Source: Octopus vulgaris (taxonomy: Eukaryota). Taken from it: 64,000 nt of DNA. Below the pieces are notes generated by a model. That model did no database searches, was not told where the DNA came from, and worked only from the letters and a program-made list of their open reading frames with translations. Positions 41,460 to 55,433 of the stretch are shown piece by piece. The stretch lies in NCBI GenBank assembly GCA_951406725.2, contig OX597829.1, positions 1,488,001 to 1,552,000 of the forward strand, given 5' to 3'. Position numbers and translations under genes: made by a program. Each line of letters starts with the position of its first letter. Positions within the stretch are counted from its first letter, which is position 1.

Positions 41460-42960
41460 ATTTACAGCCTCTTTGTGAGTCAAGCTCCTTGATGGTAGTG
41501 TCGGTATCTAATTTAATGTAAGCTGTTTGTTTGAACTTGCCTCTTACAAAAGCAGTTTCAGCACACTTGCCAATGCCAAACTCCATCCTTGTTAAACGCT
41601 TTAACAGTTGTTAACAGCCCTTCTAGTTCTTCGTCATTCCTAGCAAACAGCTTCAGATCGTCCATATAAAACAGACGGTTTATTGTCATATTATACACTT
41701 TCAACCAATACCTGGTGCTACTCAGTTCGTTTGAAAGTGGGATGAGTGCCATGCAAAAGAGTAATGGGGAGAGGAAGTCACCTTGAAAGATGCCTCATTT
41801 GATACTGGTGTTGCTAGATTGGCTTATCTCATTACTATGGTTTAGAAGGAGACGTGTATTGCATTTGGCCATGCTACCTTTTAAGAATGTGGAGACGACA
41901 GGAGCGATCTTGTATATCTCAAGGGCCTTGAGTAACCAATTATGTGGGACGCTATCAAACGCTTTGTTGTAGTCTATCCATGCCATACTTAGGTTCTTTT
42001 GGCCATGCTACCTTATAAGAATTTGGAGACGACAGAAGAGATCTTGTATACCTCAAGGACCTCGAGTAACCAGTTATGTGGGACACTATCAAACGCTTTC
42101 ATGCCATACTTAGGTTCTTCTTTTTGTACTGTCAATTCTCTACAATCATTTGTAATTGATCTTTGTATCCATAAGAATTGCTTTCACAACCTTTTTTGAG
42201 CTTGTGGAAGGACAGAGTCCTGTTCCAAAAAAGTGTATATTCTTTCAGTTAGTATCAATGTAAGGATCTTGTAAGTGTTGTTGACACATGTTATCAGTTT
42301 GTAGTTCTTCGAAATTTTCGTGTCTTCAGTTTTTGGTAGAAAGTATGTTGTTCCTACGAACAGCCAGACAAGTATTTGCAATGGGTTCTGGATGAGATCA
42401 GTTAGAGATGCAGCAAAATGTTGGTGTACATCTGTCAAACAATTCAGCCAGATATTAGGAATCTGGTCCAGTCCTCGGTGTTTCCATTTATGAGATTTCC
42501 TAAGAACTCACTTTAGTTCTTCTGTTCCTATTGCCTCCCATTTCTGCTCTTCAACTTCATCCAGTCTCACTTTCTCATGTTCTATCCAGTGAGCTTTAGC
42601 TTCATATTCTTTCTTGTTGCTCCATATCTTCTTTCAGAACTCTTCTTTTTCCCCAGTCTTAGGTGGCTCCTTTACTTCTGTCTTGCTTTTTCCAATTTAC
42701 CTATAAAATTTCTTTGCATCCATCTTCAATACATTGTTTTGTCTTTGATTTTCTTCTTATCATACCTTCTAAACCGTTAGGCTTTCTGCCATATTCGTTG
42801 TTACACTATTTCCTTGGGCGCAGGAATATGTATAACATCTTTGATTCAACAAAAGATGCACAGCAAATGCACGCGCAACAAATGTTTATTACAGCACCAA
42901 CGGATGTGACTCACTATCATCAACTAGTAAACTTTTCCCTATCATTGCAAAACTCATAAG
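41460..42960 (-). mobile_element. R4/Dong-clade LINE RT fragment
   Basis: YKLITCVNNTYK, MAWIDYNKAFDSVPH, LFYMDDLKLFA, MEFGIGKCA; internal tandem duplication 41865-41998 / 41999-42119. Confidence 0.9.
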
Positions 42961-43934
42961 ATAATCATCAAAAGAAAACAAAAGAAACTCATATCTTTGT
43001 GCACACTGCAAATCCTGTCTTCTCTTAATTTGCAGCCAAACCTTCTACTATCATTTTATGACTCAATCAGATGAAATAGGGTAGCGTCTATGATATTGTT
43101 CAGATTATGGAACACTGGTAGGAGAAGAGAGGAAGTTCTCTTCAAGGCGGTGAGTTAACAAAAAAAATATATTTACAACAGAATCGACTCTGATACACAA
43201 AATGGCGAGATGCTGCTGCTGTACCCGAGCGATCTGAATGTCATCTATTTTTAGAGAAATCTGAGTACAACGATTTAAATGTTTCTCCGGACAAAATTTC
43301 AGTATTTTTAACAACATTTCTGTTCATCCACCTTCGATTTATACATGCATACATGTGTGTGTGTGCGTGAGTGAGTGGTTGTGTGTGTGAATGTGTGTGA
43401 CATGTGTGTGTGTGTGTGTGTGTGTGTGTTAAGTATACATTTCAAATATTTAAAACGAACAACACGAGTGAATGCTTTATTTTGTAGGAGTGCTACTTAC
43501 ATGGACAACTTTGTAGACTTATAGTGAATGGTATGTTACTACAAATTTAGTAGGAATCATCTTGGCAGTAAATCCTAGGCGTGGTTATAATTTCGGTGGG
43601 GAAAGAGCTTGTAGGTTAACCAAAAAAAAAAAAGACTTCTTTGTGTTATTGCTGTGTTTTATTTTATGCTTATCATTATTATTCAGGAGGAAAGGCAGCA
43701 CATATGACACTTTTGAAGGCATCCGAGAAAGGAAGGTATCCTCAGAGGGATGACATGGCCCGAATGCCTGGTGGTGGTGTTAGGTGGCACATTAAATCTG
43801 CCACTCAGCTAGGCCTAGCAGGAAAGTGAACACGGAACGTAAAGAGCCGGAACAAATTTGGCAAGCATTCAATTTAATTCATTCTATATACTTCTTGATA
43901 ATTCTGGCAAAAGAGCCAGCAAGTTTGAGTGGTG

Positions 43935-44330
43935 AGAAATCAGTTACATCGATCCCATTGTTAAACTGGTACATATTTTATCGAACCGGCGGCGAGCTGG
44001 CAGAAACGTTGGCACGTCGGGCGAAATGCTTAGCGGTATTTCGTCTGCCGTTACGTCGTGAGTTCAAATTCCGCCGAGGTCGACTTTGCCTTTCATCCTT
44101 TCGGGGTCGATAAATTAAGTACCAGTTACGCACTGGGGTCGATGTAATCGACTGAATCTGTTTGTCTGTCCTTGTTTGTCCCCTTTATGTTTAGCCCTTT
44201 GTTGGTAATAAAGAAATAGGTACAAATTTTATCGAACCCGAAATAATGAAAGGTAAAGTAGACTTCGGCGGAATTTGAACTCAAAACGTAAAGAGATGGA
44301 AAAGATGCCACTAAACACTTTTCCAACATT
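43935..44330. mobile_element. Young SINE family A (+, 43988-44218) inserted into an old family A copy (-)
   Basis: 20-bp TSD ggtacawattttatcgaacc at 43968 and 44219. Confidence 0.9.
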
Positions 44331-44849
44331 CTATATATGATAATTATCATTTTATGTCTTAATCTTAAATGCATTAATGACCATTTTGCTCCATTTCTAA
44401 ACACAGCTATACTAATATTTTCTTTCATTTATCTTTAACTACAATACACCAGTTTCATCTATAGTCCACATTGGCATTTTCACGCCATACTTTGGTTGTT
44501 TCCATTATGAAGCATCCTGAAATAATTCTTCGTTAAAGACATGACAATCTAAACTGCTTCATCAATAACACGATCACTTAACTATACCTCAAGTCAAACT
44601 CAACAGAGGAATCTAAATATAGCCACTCGATCTCTTAGAAATAGTACCCAAATCTCCATCAATACCCACTATAGCATGTTTTAAAAAAATGAATAAATAA
44701 AATTTCGGAATGGTCATAGTAAAATCATCTTTGATTCTAAGGATGCTCAATTAGCCGTGATTTCGGTTACACAAAAACAAAAATAGCATCAACTACTACT
44801 ACTACTACTACTACTACTATTACTAGCATCACCACCACCACCACCGCCG

Positions 44850-44901
<52 letters not shown>

Positions 44902-45336
44902 GTGTATTCAAGACAGTAGTATGTGTACGTGTGTATGTCTGCGTGAGTATCTATGTAGATATTGTCTGGGTGTCGAATTCTTTTGCGGCATTCATTTTGG
45001 GTTTCCGTGGTGTGTGTTCAAATCTGGTGGAGGCCAACATCGACTCTCAAATTTTCAGGGACGGTAAGCACAACTTAGTCCACTACTTACTTCATTTTTC
45101 TTCTTCCTTCTTTTTCTTTTCTCTCTATCAATCTTCCTTTCGCACCTGAAAGAGAATGGGCCTTGGTGGATCCAAAGATTCCTCAGGCTATATACCATGA
45201 CAGCGCCCTTACAACGCCATAACAGGTATGGGAATCTGAGAGGGGAATGTGTTGAATAAAATCATAATTAACTGATCCTCATGTATTTTCTTTTAATCAA
45301 TTCCGGAAATTTTCAGCAGCCCGTTCTAAATACACG

Positions 45337-45394
<58 letters not shown>

Positions 45395-45401
<7 letters not shown>

Positions 45402-45724
45402 TTAATAAGGGTGAGAGAATTAGATACTAATTTAATAGTATATCTATTCAACACCAAGTGGCCTAGTGCTCCGAGAAACCTGGATTATTATAATATTTTA
45501 TAATATATTATAATATTTTTACAAAATAAATATAAGAGAGTGGTCACTATATGGCTCACTCTAGCACCAGTTAATCCAAAAGGTTTCAACCACAAAAATA
45601 CATGTTTCCCATGAAAGTCAGTACGATTGTTAGCTCACACGGACAGGGCAAATAAAAATAACAAAAATACAGATTATTTTGGGACAATTGTTTCGCTATT
45701 AATGAATTAAATGTAATTTTACTT

Positions 45725-45725
<1 letters not shown>
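45395..45725. mobile_element. PLE-derived short element between (TA)n arrays
   Basis: Terminus ataattaattaataagggtg..ccaagtggcctagtg resembles the 11100 terminus; remnant GAAA catg TA on the minus strand at ~45598-45610. Confidence 0.5.
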
Positions 45726-45729
<4 letters not shown>

Positions 45730-45773
<44 letters not shown>

Positions 45774-46453
45774 CATGTATGCATGTATGTATGTATGCAT
45801 GTATGTATGTATGTATGTATGTATGTATGTATGAATGTATGTATGTATGTATGTATGTATGTATGCATGCATGTATGTATATATGTATGTATGTATGTAT
45901 GTGTGTGTGTATGTATGTATGTATGTACGTATGTATGTATGCATGCATGCATGTATGTATGTATGTATGTATGTATGTATGCATGTATGTACGTATGTAT
46001 GTATGCATGTATGTATGTATGTATTTATGCATGTATGTATTTATGTATGTATGTATGTATGTATGTATGTATGAATGTATGTATATATATGTATGTATAT
46101 ATGTATGCATGTATATGTATGTATGTATGTATGTATGCATGTATGTACGTATGTATGTATGTATGTATGTATGTATTTATGTATGTATGTATGTATGTAT
46201 TTATGTATGTATGTATGTATGTATGTATGTATGTATGTATGTATGTATGTATGTATGTATGTATGTATGTATGTATGTATGTATGTATGTGTGTATGTAT
46301 GTATGTAAGTATGTATGTGTGTGTATGTATGTATGTATGTATGCATGTATGTATGTATGTATGTATGTATGTATGTATGTATGTATGTATGTATGTATGT
46401 ATGTATGTGTGTATGTATGTATGTATGTATGTCTGTATGTATGTATGTATGTA

Positions 46454-46484
<31 letters not shown>

Positions 46485-46985
46485 CTGTATGTATGTATGT
46501 ATGTATGTATGTATGTATGTATGTATGTGTGTATGTATGTGTGTGTATGTATGTATGTATGTATGTATGTATGTCTGTATGTATGTATGTATGTATGTAT
46601 GTATGTATGTATGTATGTATGTATGTGTGTATGTATGTATGTGTGTATGTATGTATGTATGTATGTATGTATGTATGTATGTATGTCTGTATGTATGTAT
46701 GTATGTATGTATGTGTGTATGTATGTATGTGTGTATGTATGTATGTATGTATGTATGTATGTATGTATGTATGTCTGTATGTATGTATGTATGTATGTAT
46801 GTATGTATGTATGTATGTATGTATGTATGTGTGTATGTATGTATGTAAGTATGTATGTGTGTATGTATGTATGTATGTATGCATGTATGTATGAATGCAT
46901 GCATGCATGTATGTATATATGTATGTTTGCATATATGTATGTTTGTATGTATGTATGTATGTACGTGCGTATGCATGTATATAAG

Positions 46986-47067
<82 letters not shown>
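45730..47067. repeat. 1.3-kb (TA)n/(ATGT)n/(GATA)n array
   Basis: Directly visible; source of the 300-400 aa artefact ORFs. Confidence 0.96.
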
Positions 47068-47575
47068 CGGATATAGAAAGTAGCCCAGCTTGGAACGACG
47101 TCCACCCGCCAAACGTTATTGATATACACACAAATATTCCACCTAATTCTGCGTAAAGATACGGGAGAAAAACCAACCCATAGCTGTGGAAACCCCCAAA
47201 ACAATCAATTGTTATGGCGCTCATTCTAAACAGCTGCGTGATATAAACAAGTCAAGCCATACGTGACACGCACACAAGCTACACACATACATACTCACAC
47301 GCACATCCATGCGCACGCGCATACACATTAATATTCGCTGCGTAAGCGTCTGGTGTGGGAAAAGAATGTTGAAGCACAATGAAAGCTATAATTTTCTGCT
47401 AGGATATGTCGAAATGGGGTAGATGACGATTTACATTCCACTCATCCTGTATTTTTGACACATGGCACGCTTGAAACAACTGGTACTATCTCTGAAACAG
47501 CTATTACATGCATTCGTGTGTATGTATGTGCCCGTGTGTATGTGTGTGTGAGTGTATTTAATGTATGTATGTATG

Positions 47576-47615
<40 letters not shown>

Positions 47616-47808
47616 TATATGTATGTATATATGTGTATGTTTGTATATATATAAATGTGGGTATATATGGGGAACTATAGATGGATAGATGGATAGATCA
47701 GTTTATAAATAGATACTCACACATGCAACACAAGCATACATATATCCTGATTTTTTTCCTGTAACAGCTGGTAACAGCTTGCTATACATACATACATACA
47801 TACATACA

Positions 47809-47890
<82 letters not shown>

Positions 47891-48099
47891 GGAAGGAATA
47901 CAGAGGTAGTATTCATCACACAATAAGCAACACTTAGGTATTAATAATTGGGTATTCTACCAGCAGTATATTGGATAGATACTATCCCTTAGTTGGTTGA
48001 ATTCACAACCTTTAACTTTCATTGAATTACATATATACATATATATGTATATATGTATATATGTATATATGTATATATGTATATATGTATATATATACG

Positions 48100-48540
48100 A
48101 AAGAAGGTTTGAAAATGCAATTTAAAAGATGTTTATTTACTTTACCGATTTCACTCTTTGGAAAAGGATTGTCAAAAGTAACATGTAGAAGTTTGGTTGC
48201 GTTAATTATTGGTTGTTGCAAATTGCTACATTACATATATACAGTCTTTGGTAACAGGGACATGTTAAGGACATAAAAAAGTTCAACAAGTTCCTTAAAA
48301 TATTGGGCACAAAAGATTACTACATAAATAATCGTTCTCAAGGACATGCTTAAGATAGTTTCCAGAAGGAATTGATATTGGTATTGTCACTCGTGCGGTA
48401 CCCCACAACTCCACTTTGTTATATATATACTTTATTTAAAGCAGCAGAAAATTCAACAAAACCTGTTACTCTGAGTTTCCCGTTGCCGTTCATCGGAGTA
48501 CTCTTTTTCCCACCTTGTTTCACATTTATTTGTTTACTCC
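48100..48540 (-). mobile_element. PLE relics: RT fragment plus an HHR-bearing terminus
   Basis: NPFPKSEIGKVNKHLL resembles the PLE RLINPxKSExGKxSK motif; 48421-48496 matches 8541-8610 with core CCGATGA. Confidence 0.6.
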
Positions 48541-48878
48541 GGTATATATATATATATACATATACAGGGGTTAGAGAAAATAATGGATAAAAAATAAGTA
48601 GCACTCTAGTGCAAACAATCATTTTCGTCAACAAATCATTTCTTTCAGATATTTAATTCTGTGTATGACTGAGAGAAATTAACTGCTGAAAACTATGAGA
48701 TGTTATACGATAAGAATTTGCACTGCAGTATTCTGTTGCATTTCTTTAATGTTTCTAAAGATCTAGGTTTATCTCCCCTTTCCTTAGACTAAAGTGGTGA
48801 TCGTGTAACCTTCGTTACAAGTCTTATAGCCCTTCACTTCCAAATTTAATATTTATCCGTAAGTAACATTGACATTAA

Positions 48879-49092
48879 CCCTTTCGTTTATTTTGAGATG
48901 CTCTGTGTTTCTTTCAATTAATTTTAAATATAACAAAGAATTTAGTAAAATAACTTATTTATCATTCAGCTAGTGTTAGGAACATAAATTGTGACCAAGG
49001 TTTGGTGGAAGATTTGAATTCAAAACTTATGAAAACAAGACATTTATACTACAGAGCCAGAGGCAGTTTCGGCCGGGCTCGTATCAAAAAGG
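48879..49092. mobile_element. piggyBac-type MITE
   Basis: TTAA|ccctttcgtt ... atcaaaaagg|TTAA. Confidence 0.7.
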
Positions 49093-49625
49093 TTAACTCT
49101 CGTGGGAATACATTCTAATACTTATTCCTTGATAAGCGTGTGCAGTATATAGCAGTTGATATGAAATATTTCTGTAATCAGCTGGAATTTTAAAAAGTAA
49201 TGCATGTGTATGTTCTCCTTTTAGGACCAATAAGTTGCGTGGACGTAAACCTACCAACACCGGTTATCAAGCGACAGTGCGTAACAAAGACCTCACAGTT
49301 TCCGTCAACCAATTTCACCCGTAATTTAGACAACAGTTTATTTACCGCGCGATTTCCTTGTATGTCTCCACTGTCCTGTTTTTGTTCCCTGCATAAATAC
49401 CACATTTTATTTTGGTATTTATTGGAGCAACTGTCTTCGAAGACTCATATTGTCGTTCAGTGCTCTGAATGAGGAGTAGATAGACAGCCGACACCTGATG
49501 AAAAGTCTTTCTTTATGTTACTTGTACTGTTTTCCATTTGTTTCTGTCGTTGCTTGTGTATTGAACTCATTTGTTTTCGTATTTCATGTTGTTTACTGTG
49601 AGTGACGTCCTGTACCCATATATGC

Positions 49626-49656
<31 letters not shown>

Positions 49657-49765
49657 CATACTTATATACATACATATATATATATATGTGTGCGTGTGTG
49701 TGTGTATTTATACATATATATATATATATATTATATATACATATATATATTATATATATATACTA

Positions 49766-49797
<32 letters not shown>

Positions 49798-49912
49798 CTA
49801 TACATATATATACATATATTATATATATTACATATATATATATATATTATCTATATATGTATATATATATAACGTGTGTGCGCGCATGCGTGTGTATGAG
49901 TCTGTGCATGTG

Positions 49913-49944
<32 letters not shown>

Positions 49945-49969
49945 TGTATGTACGTATGTATGAATACCC

Positions 49970-51120
49970 TACTGAAACTGACACAATCTCGAAAGCATTC
50001 ATTCTTTCGATAGTATTCCCCAAACGCAAACACGCTGACAGGTTTGACGAAAATAATATAAGAATAGAGTAGCCCTTATCTGAAAGACGAAGGTCGCTTC
50101 AAACTGTACACAGGATACATCAAGTCAGCAGTTGTTTGAAAGACGCCAATTCCTCATTAGAAAAAGGAGCTGCAGTGTCTGAAAGTCCGACGATGGGATT
50201 AAGGAAGCAGACGGAATTCAGGTCCTTGAAGAGTCTTACTATATAATGTAAATGCCTTCTGTAGAGAAGTGTACTTTCCCCAGGGAGTTGGAGACACTCC
50301 GATTTAAAGCATGAATAGTTTATGTTTCTACAACCCTGGACGATCATATCACAACGCTGGCGGAAACATTTTAGTGAACGAATATATCTGTTGTCAATAA
50401 TTCCTCTTGAAGCTCTGCATTATGCGGTCACTTTCAGGAAATTCAGAATTTCAGTCACGATGTGAAGATATTTAACGGCTAACAAAATGTAAAATTAAAC
50501 TATAGTTGTAATAAGGGAGAGTTTACGAAAGAAACAAAAGACGAAGACAGGTGGTGTACAAAACAAACAGATGTATTAGTATAACGCTCAGGAATCGAAA
50601 AGTCTTTTACATTTCGAGCCTGAGCTCTTCTACAGAAAGGGGCACAGAAAAAAACAAGGAGAGAAAAAAAAATGTGTTTAGTGGCTAACGATCTATCATG
50701 GCGTAATAAGCCTGTCCGTGGTTATTCTTCTGAGACCGACGACAATCAGAATATGCTCTGCATAAGAAAAAGTTGATGAACCTGCCGGTGCACCAGCTTC
50801 GATCTGCAATGAATATTATCCTGGCAAGACCACATTCATTGCATTGAGATCTCGTAACATTTAAATATATCTCGTGTTGAGTCTACTCTGATAAAACCTG
50901 ATTCATATGGATGATGCTAGGATCACGTTTCCACCAGAGAGATGAAATGCGTAAGCCGTCAAAGAAAGCGTCGAAAACTTCATTATAAAGATGACTTTCT
51001 TAATGTAACAACATCTCAGTTGGACGGTGACTTTCACGAAAGGAGACGGCGACTGGCCGCAAACAGTGACAGACGGTCATAAAGTAAGGCTGCTTATTTA
51101 AACTGGATGAAACGACAGGA
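49970..51120 (+). mobile_element. Ancient RTE/BovB-like LINE remnant
   Basis: RKHADRFDENNIRIE and IISQRWRKHF resemble RTE inter-domain motifs. Confidence 0.5.
50516..50702 (-). mobile_element. Short inserted element with a degenerate minimal HHR-like motif (50604-50639)
   Basis: TSD gtaataag; minus strand cttt CTGTAGA a gagc-tcag-gctc GAAA tg TA aaag. Confidence 0.6.
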
Positions 51121-51258
51121 AGAAACACAACTAAAAGCTACAGAAATGTCCACAGAACTAGTAATGCTACACCGTGATTGGTCATGTCTTTGGTCAGATT
51201 TATGTTAGTACTTTTGGTGTTCAAACCAACGAATAGATAAATAGAGATTGAGAGTGGA

Positions 51259-51291
<33 letters not shown>

Positions 51292-51659
51292 GAGAGATGG
51301 AGGGAGAGAGAGACACACATAAACAGTTACATTGTGAAGACCATGTTGATTTAATAAACAGCTAATTTAATTTATTATTTCATGAAATTACAAAGTTTTC
51401 GTCACACAATTGCAGCGTAGTCACTTAATACAATTTTACTGAGTTCAAACGAATTCATTCAATGTCCAGATTACAGATGTATGGCGAAAGCTTTCACTTT
51501 TCTTGAAGTAAAAATAAATTTAACCGTTTATGCGATATTAAATGGATTTTTCACCACGTGATAGCTTCAGTTTAAACTTGATACACAACTACAACATTGA
51601 ATGTATATGTATGTGTGCATGTGTGTGTGTATGTGTGTATGTATGTATATATATATATG

Positions 51660-51754
<95 letters not shown>

Positions 51755-52303
51755 TATATATATCTATGTATATATACTTATATATGTATGTATGGATATA
51801 TATATATATCTATCTATATATATATATATATGTATGTATGTATAGGTATTTGCACACATATAGACAGATACACATACATATATATGTATATATACACCTA
51901 ATATATGTGCATGCTTGTATCTATGTGGACGTATGTATATATGTATGAATTTATGTGTATGTATGTGTATATATCTATATCTATCTATTTAATACATATT
52001 TATTTCTCTCTCTCTCTCTCTCTCTCTCTTTGTATATATCTTTATGTGTGCGTGCGTGTATGCGTCCATTTGTACGCGGTGTTTTTGTGCAGGTGTATAT
52101 ATATATAAAGTACGGAACCAGTTATTTTTTATACAGTATTCCTATATATGAAAACAATTGTCTATATATATGCATATGCACACATATTAACACACAAATA
52201 TACACACATACATACATATATATGTATATATATATATATATATGCAAACACACATGTAAATACATATATCATAAGTATATATACGTATGTAGAAGTGTGT
52301 GTG

Positions 52304-52384
<81 letters not shown>

Positions 52385-52887
52385 ATATGCATAGAAATAT
52401 GTATGTATGTGATGCATGTACGTAGGTATGTGTAATATATACGAACAAATATTATGATAAATAAAAACTCATTTTGGCATTTATGCCTCATCATTGTATT
52501 TGCAGGGTTTAAAGTTCAAATTTTAATCTTAAAATCTCAAGAATTAAATCTTTAGATTTAAGAAGATTAACATCGCTCTTTTTTTTCTTTGTTATTTTTT
52601 ACCATTATTCCTTTCGTTCCAAACCCCACACACCGATTATTTTTTGAGGTCGATTGAACACATAAGATACAGAAAAGACAAAATCGTTTCATCTGTGTAA
52701 GTTTATGACTTTTATCAAGATTTTATTTCTTTTCTGTAAGTTTCTTTAACTTATAGAAATGTTAAATAAATAGATTAAAAAGTCGAGAGGAGATTTCGTT
52801 GGTGAGAATAACGTTTATGGTGGGTAATTCATTTTTGTGTGTTTATGTATGTGTTTCAGTATAGGTGTATGCATGCATTAATGTATG

Positions 52888-53170
52888 TGGAGGCACATGG
52901 CCTAGTGTTTAGAGCAGCGGACTCGCGGTCGAGGGATCGCGGGTTCGAATCTCAGACCGGACGATGTGTGTGTTTATGAGCGAAACACCTAAGCTCCACA
53001 CGGCTCCGGCAGAAAGTAATGGCGAAACTTCTGCTGACTCTTTCACCACAACTTTCTCTCATTCTTTCCTCCTGCATTTTGCAGCTCACCTGCGATGGAC
53101 CGGCGTCCCGTCCAGGTGGGGAAACCGGCCCTTATGAGCCAGGCATGGCTCGAGGAGGAACAAACAACAA
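52888..53170 (+). mobile_element. SINE family C, full length
   Basis: Matches the reverse complement of 14300-14585. Confidence 0.92.
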
Positions 53171-53469
53171 AATATTGATGTAATGATAAATGCATGATTT
53201 TATATATGTAAGCATGCATGCATGTATTTGTGTAAATAAGAATATTTGTATGTAATTTTTTTTCTCTTGGGGAATTAGCGGAAAGAGGCAGAGGTCATGA
53301 CCGTTGCAGACCATTCAAATCAAGGCCTTCGTGAGACATGACCGGGGAGGAAATTGCAGTGAGAACATCTCCCCGAGAAATAGGATCGGGCGTAATGATT
53401 GCTGCCGGGTTTGAGAAAAACAACTAGAGAGTAGGGAGATGATGGGTCGGTAGGGGCGCTAATGCGCCG

Positions 53470-53710
53470 TTTTAAAGCCTAGCCAGGCTCATGGGCCCGG
53501 TTTCCCGGCTTCTATGGTGTATGTGTTCCGTAGCTGGACGGGACGCCAGTCCATCGCAGCGTTACTCATTTTTGCCAGCTGAGTGGACTGGAGCAACATG
53601 AAATGAAGTGTTTTGCTCAAGAACACAACGAGTCACCCGGTCCAGGAATCGAAACCACAATCTTACGATCATGATGCTGACACCCCAACCACTAAGCCAC
53701 ACTCTTCCAC
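53470..53710 (-). mobile_element. SINE family D, 3' region shared with family C
   Basis: Head gtgtggcttagtggt..gtttcgattcctgg; body cttgagcaaaacactt..gctccagtccactcagctg; tail tgcgatggactggcgtcccgtccag..gaaaccgggcccatgagcc. Confidence 0.85.
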
Positions 53711-53733
53711 TATATATATATATATAGAGAGAT

Positions 53734-53764
<31 letters not shown>

Positions 53765-53765
53765 C

Positions 53766-53858
<93 letters not shown>

Positions 53859-54309
53859 CAAGTGAGTGATTAGAGCTATCCTAAATAGAATTAGACACCA
53901 GACATGAGACATTGTAGCCGAGGAAAAAGCAGTTTTCTGAGAAGCCGGAATCCCAACGAAACAGATGTTTAGTTTCCGTACATTCTGGTATAAACGTATT
54001 TAGGACTACAAAAATAGCATAACTATATTAAGGAAGATGTTTGACAATGTCTGGCTTTGTGCTCTGTAGACTGCAATGAATAAATTCATCGTGGGACTGA
54101 AACTGATTCGCTGAATCCAACAGCTTTATAATTCATTGTAGTAAATTGCAAAGTGCACCATCGTTGAGTAGCTCCATGCAGCGCTAGGAGACCATCGGAG
54201 TTGTCCTTCATTCTGCCTCGCCCCCTCCACACACACACTCACACACCGCAGTATCTTCCTGACAAGGTTATATGCTATGTTCTTGGAGATCTGTTAGTAC
54301 CGGACATCT

Positions 54310-54415
54310 TGAGAGGAGGACAATAGAAAACTTATGATTTGCTAATGATATTGATGGACAAACAGGAAGAGAAGATGAAATGATTGAATTATTCAGCCAT
54401 TTTGACAGTGTCGTT
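54310..54415 (+). mobile_element. RTE RT fragment
   Basis: GRTIENL*FANDIDG..GREDEM resembles NLRFADDIDG. Confidence 0.55.
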
Positions 54416-55033
54416 CAGCTACACTGTGATTCGATGACTGAACGATTAGGATGCTTGTCATTCAAATCGAAGATCCATCGTGTCTGAATATATGTATGTG
54501 TGCGCGTGTGTGTTTGTGTGTGTGTGTAAGATACTGGCAGCCTGCAATATTCAGCTGATGCACATAATAATGTAATGTTCTCACACATGAGATGTTGCCG
54601 TTGTTTCACGCACAGAAATTGCAAGACCGCATCAAGAGTAAGGTTACCCGACCGATATCATAAGATCACTCGACGCACTATCCAGCCTCTGGACTATACG
54701 TGTTCTAACTCATCCTTCTCCATTTTCAACTGCTGTTTTATAACCCCTGATCTTCGGACCTAGCTGGGCGCATGTCACTTCCTCTCAACTATTTTTACAA
54801 CACGCGTCCTTCCCACATTCTTCATATTGCTCCCGTCCGAAATTGTACTAATCACTATATCTAGTAAGTCTTTATTTGAACGTTGGCCCCTTAAGAATTT
54901 TCCCTCTGCTCATACCTTTCTCACATGTTGACTATCTGTAGTTTAATTCTTCACCCGTCTAAATCGTTTTCATAAGCTTGTCCTGAACATCCATGCTTGC
55001 CTTCAAATTTTCTTTGTGTCCATTTTGTCCTAC

Positions 55034-55433
55034 TACTTACTTGTGGCGACATTCACCCTGGGCGGGTTGAGTCGGCTTCCTCCACCACCTTCGAGGCATC
55101 TCGAACCATGGCAGTGGAAGAGGTTTCGTGGGGAATATGAATTTCACAAGCGGTTCCCAACAATCCCGCATGTGGAGACATCCTGTTTGCCGCAGATTGT
55201 CCGCAGACGCAGGGACAGAACTACCGAGGAGCCGCCGGTTGCCGAAACAGACACTCCGGGGATTTTCACCAGAGCCCCGTCTGCCGGGTTTGGGCCCTAA
55301 TACCACTCGGTGTTAGACCAATCCACCTCGGGTGGCCCTATCAGGAACCGATGTTCCCGACGGCATAGCTCTGACACTACCCGTTGCCAGCGTACCCACC
55401 ACGGTGAGGAGGGGATGGACTTTGGGGACCTAG
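55034..55433 (-). mobile_element. ~400-bp non-autonomous RTE-derived element, copy 2, with 128-bp flanking duplication
   Basis: Matches 38274-38681; flanks 54906-55033 and 55434-55561 are near-identical. Confidence 0.88.

Noticed and set aside
45771-47224. 300-400 aa ORFs (MYVC/HTYI repeats), and all similar ORFs in the window
   Set aside because: Translations of (ATGT)n, (TA)n, (CA)n and (GATA)n microsatellites
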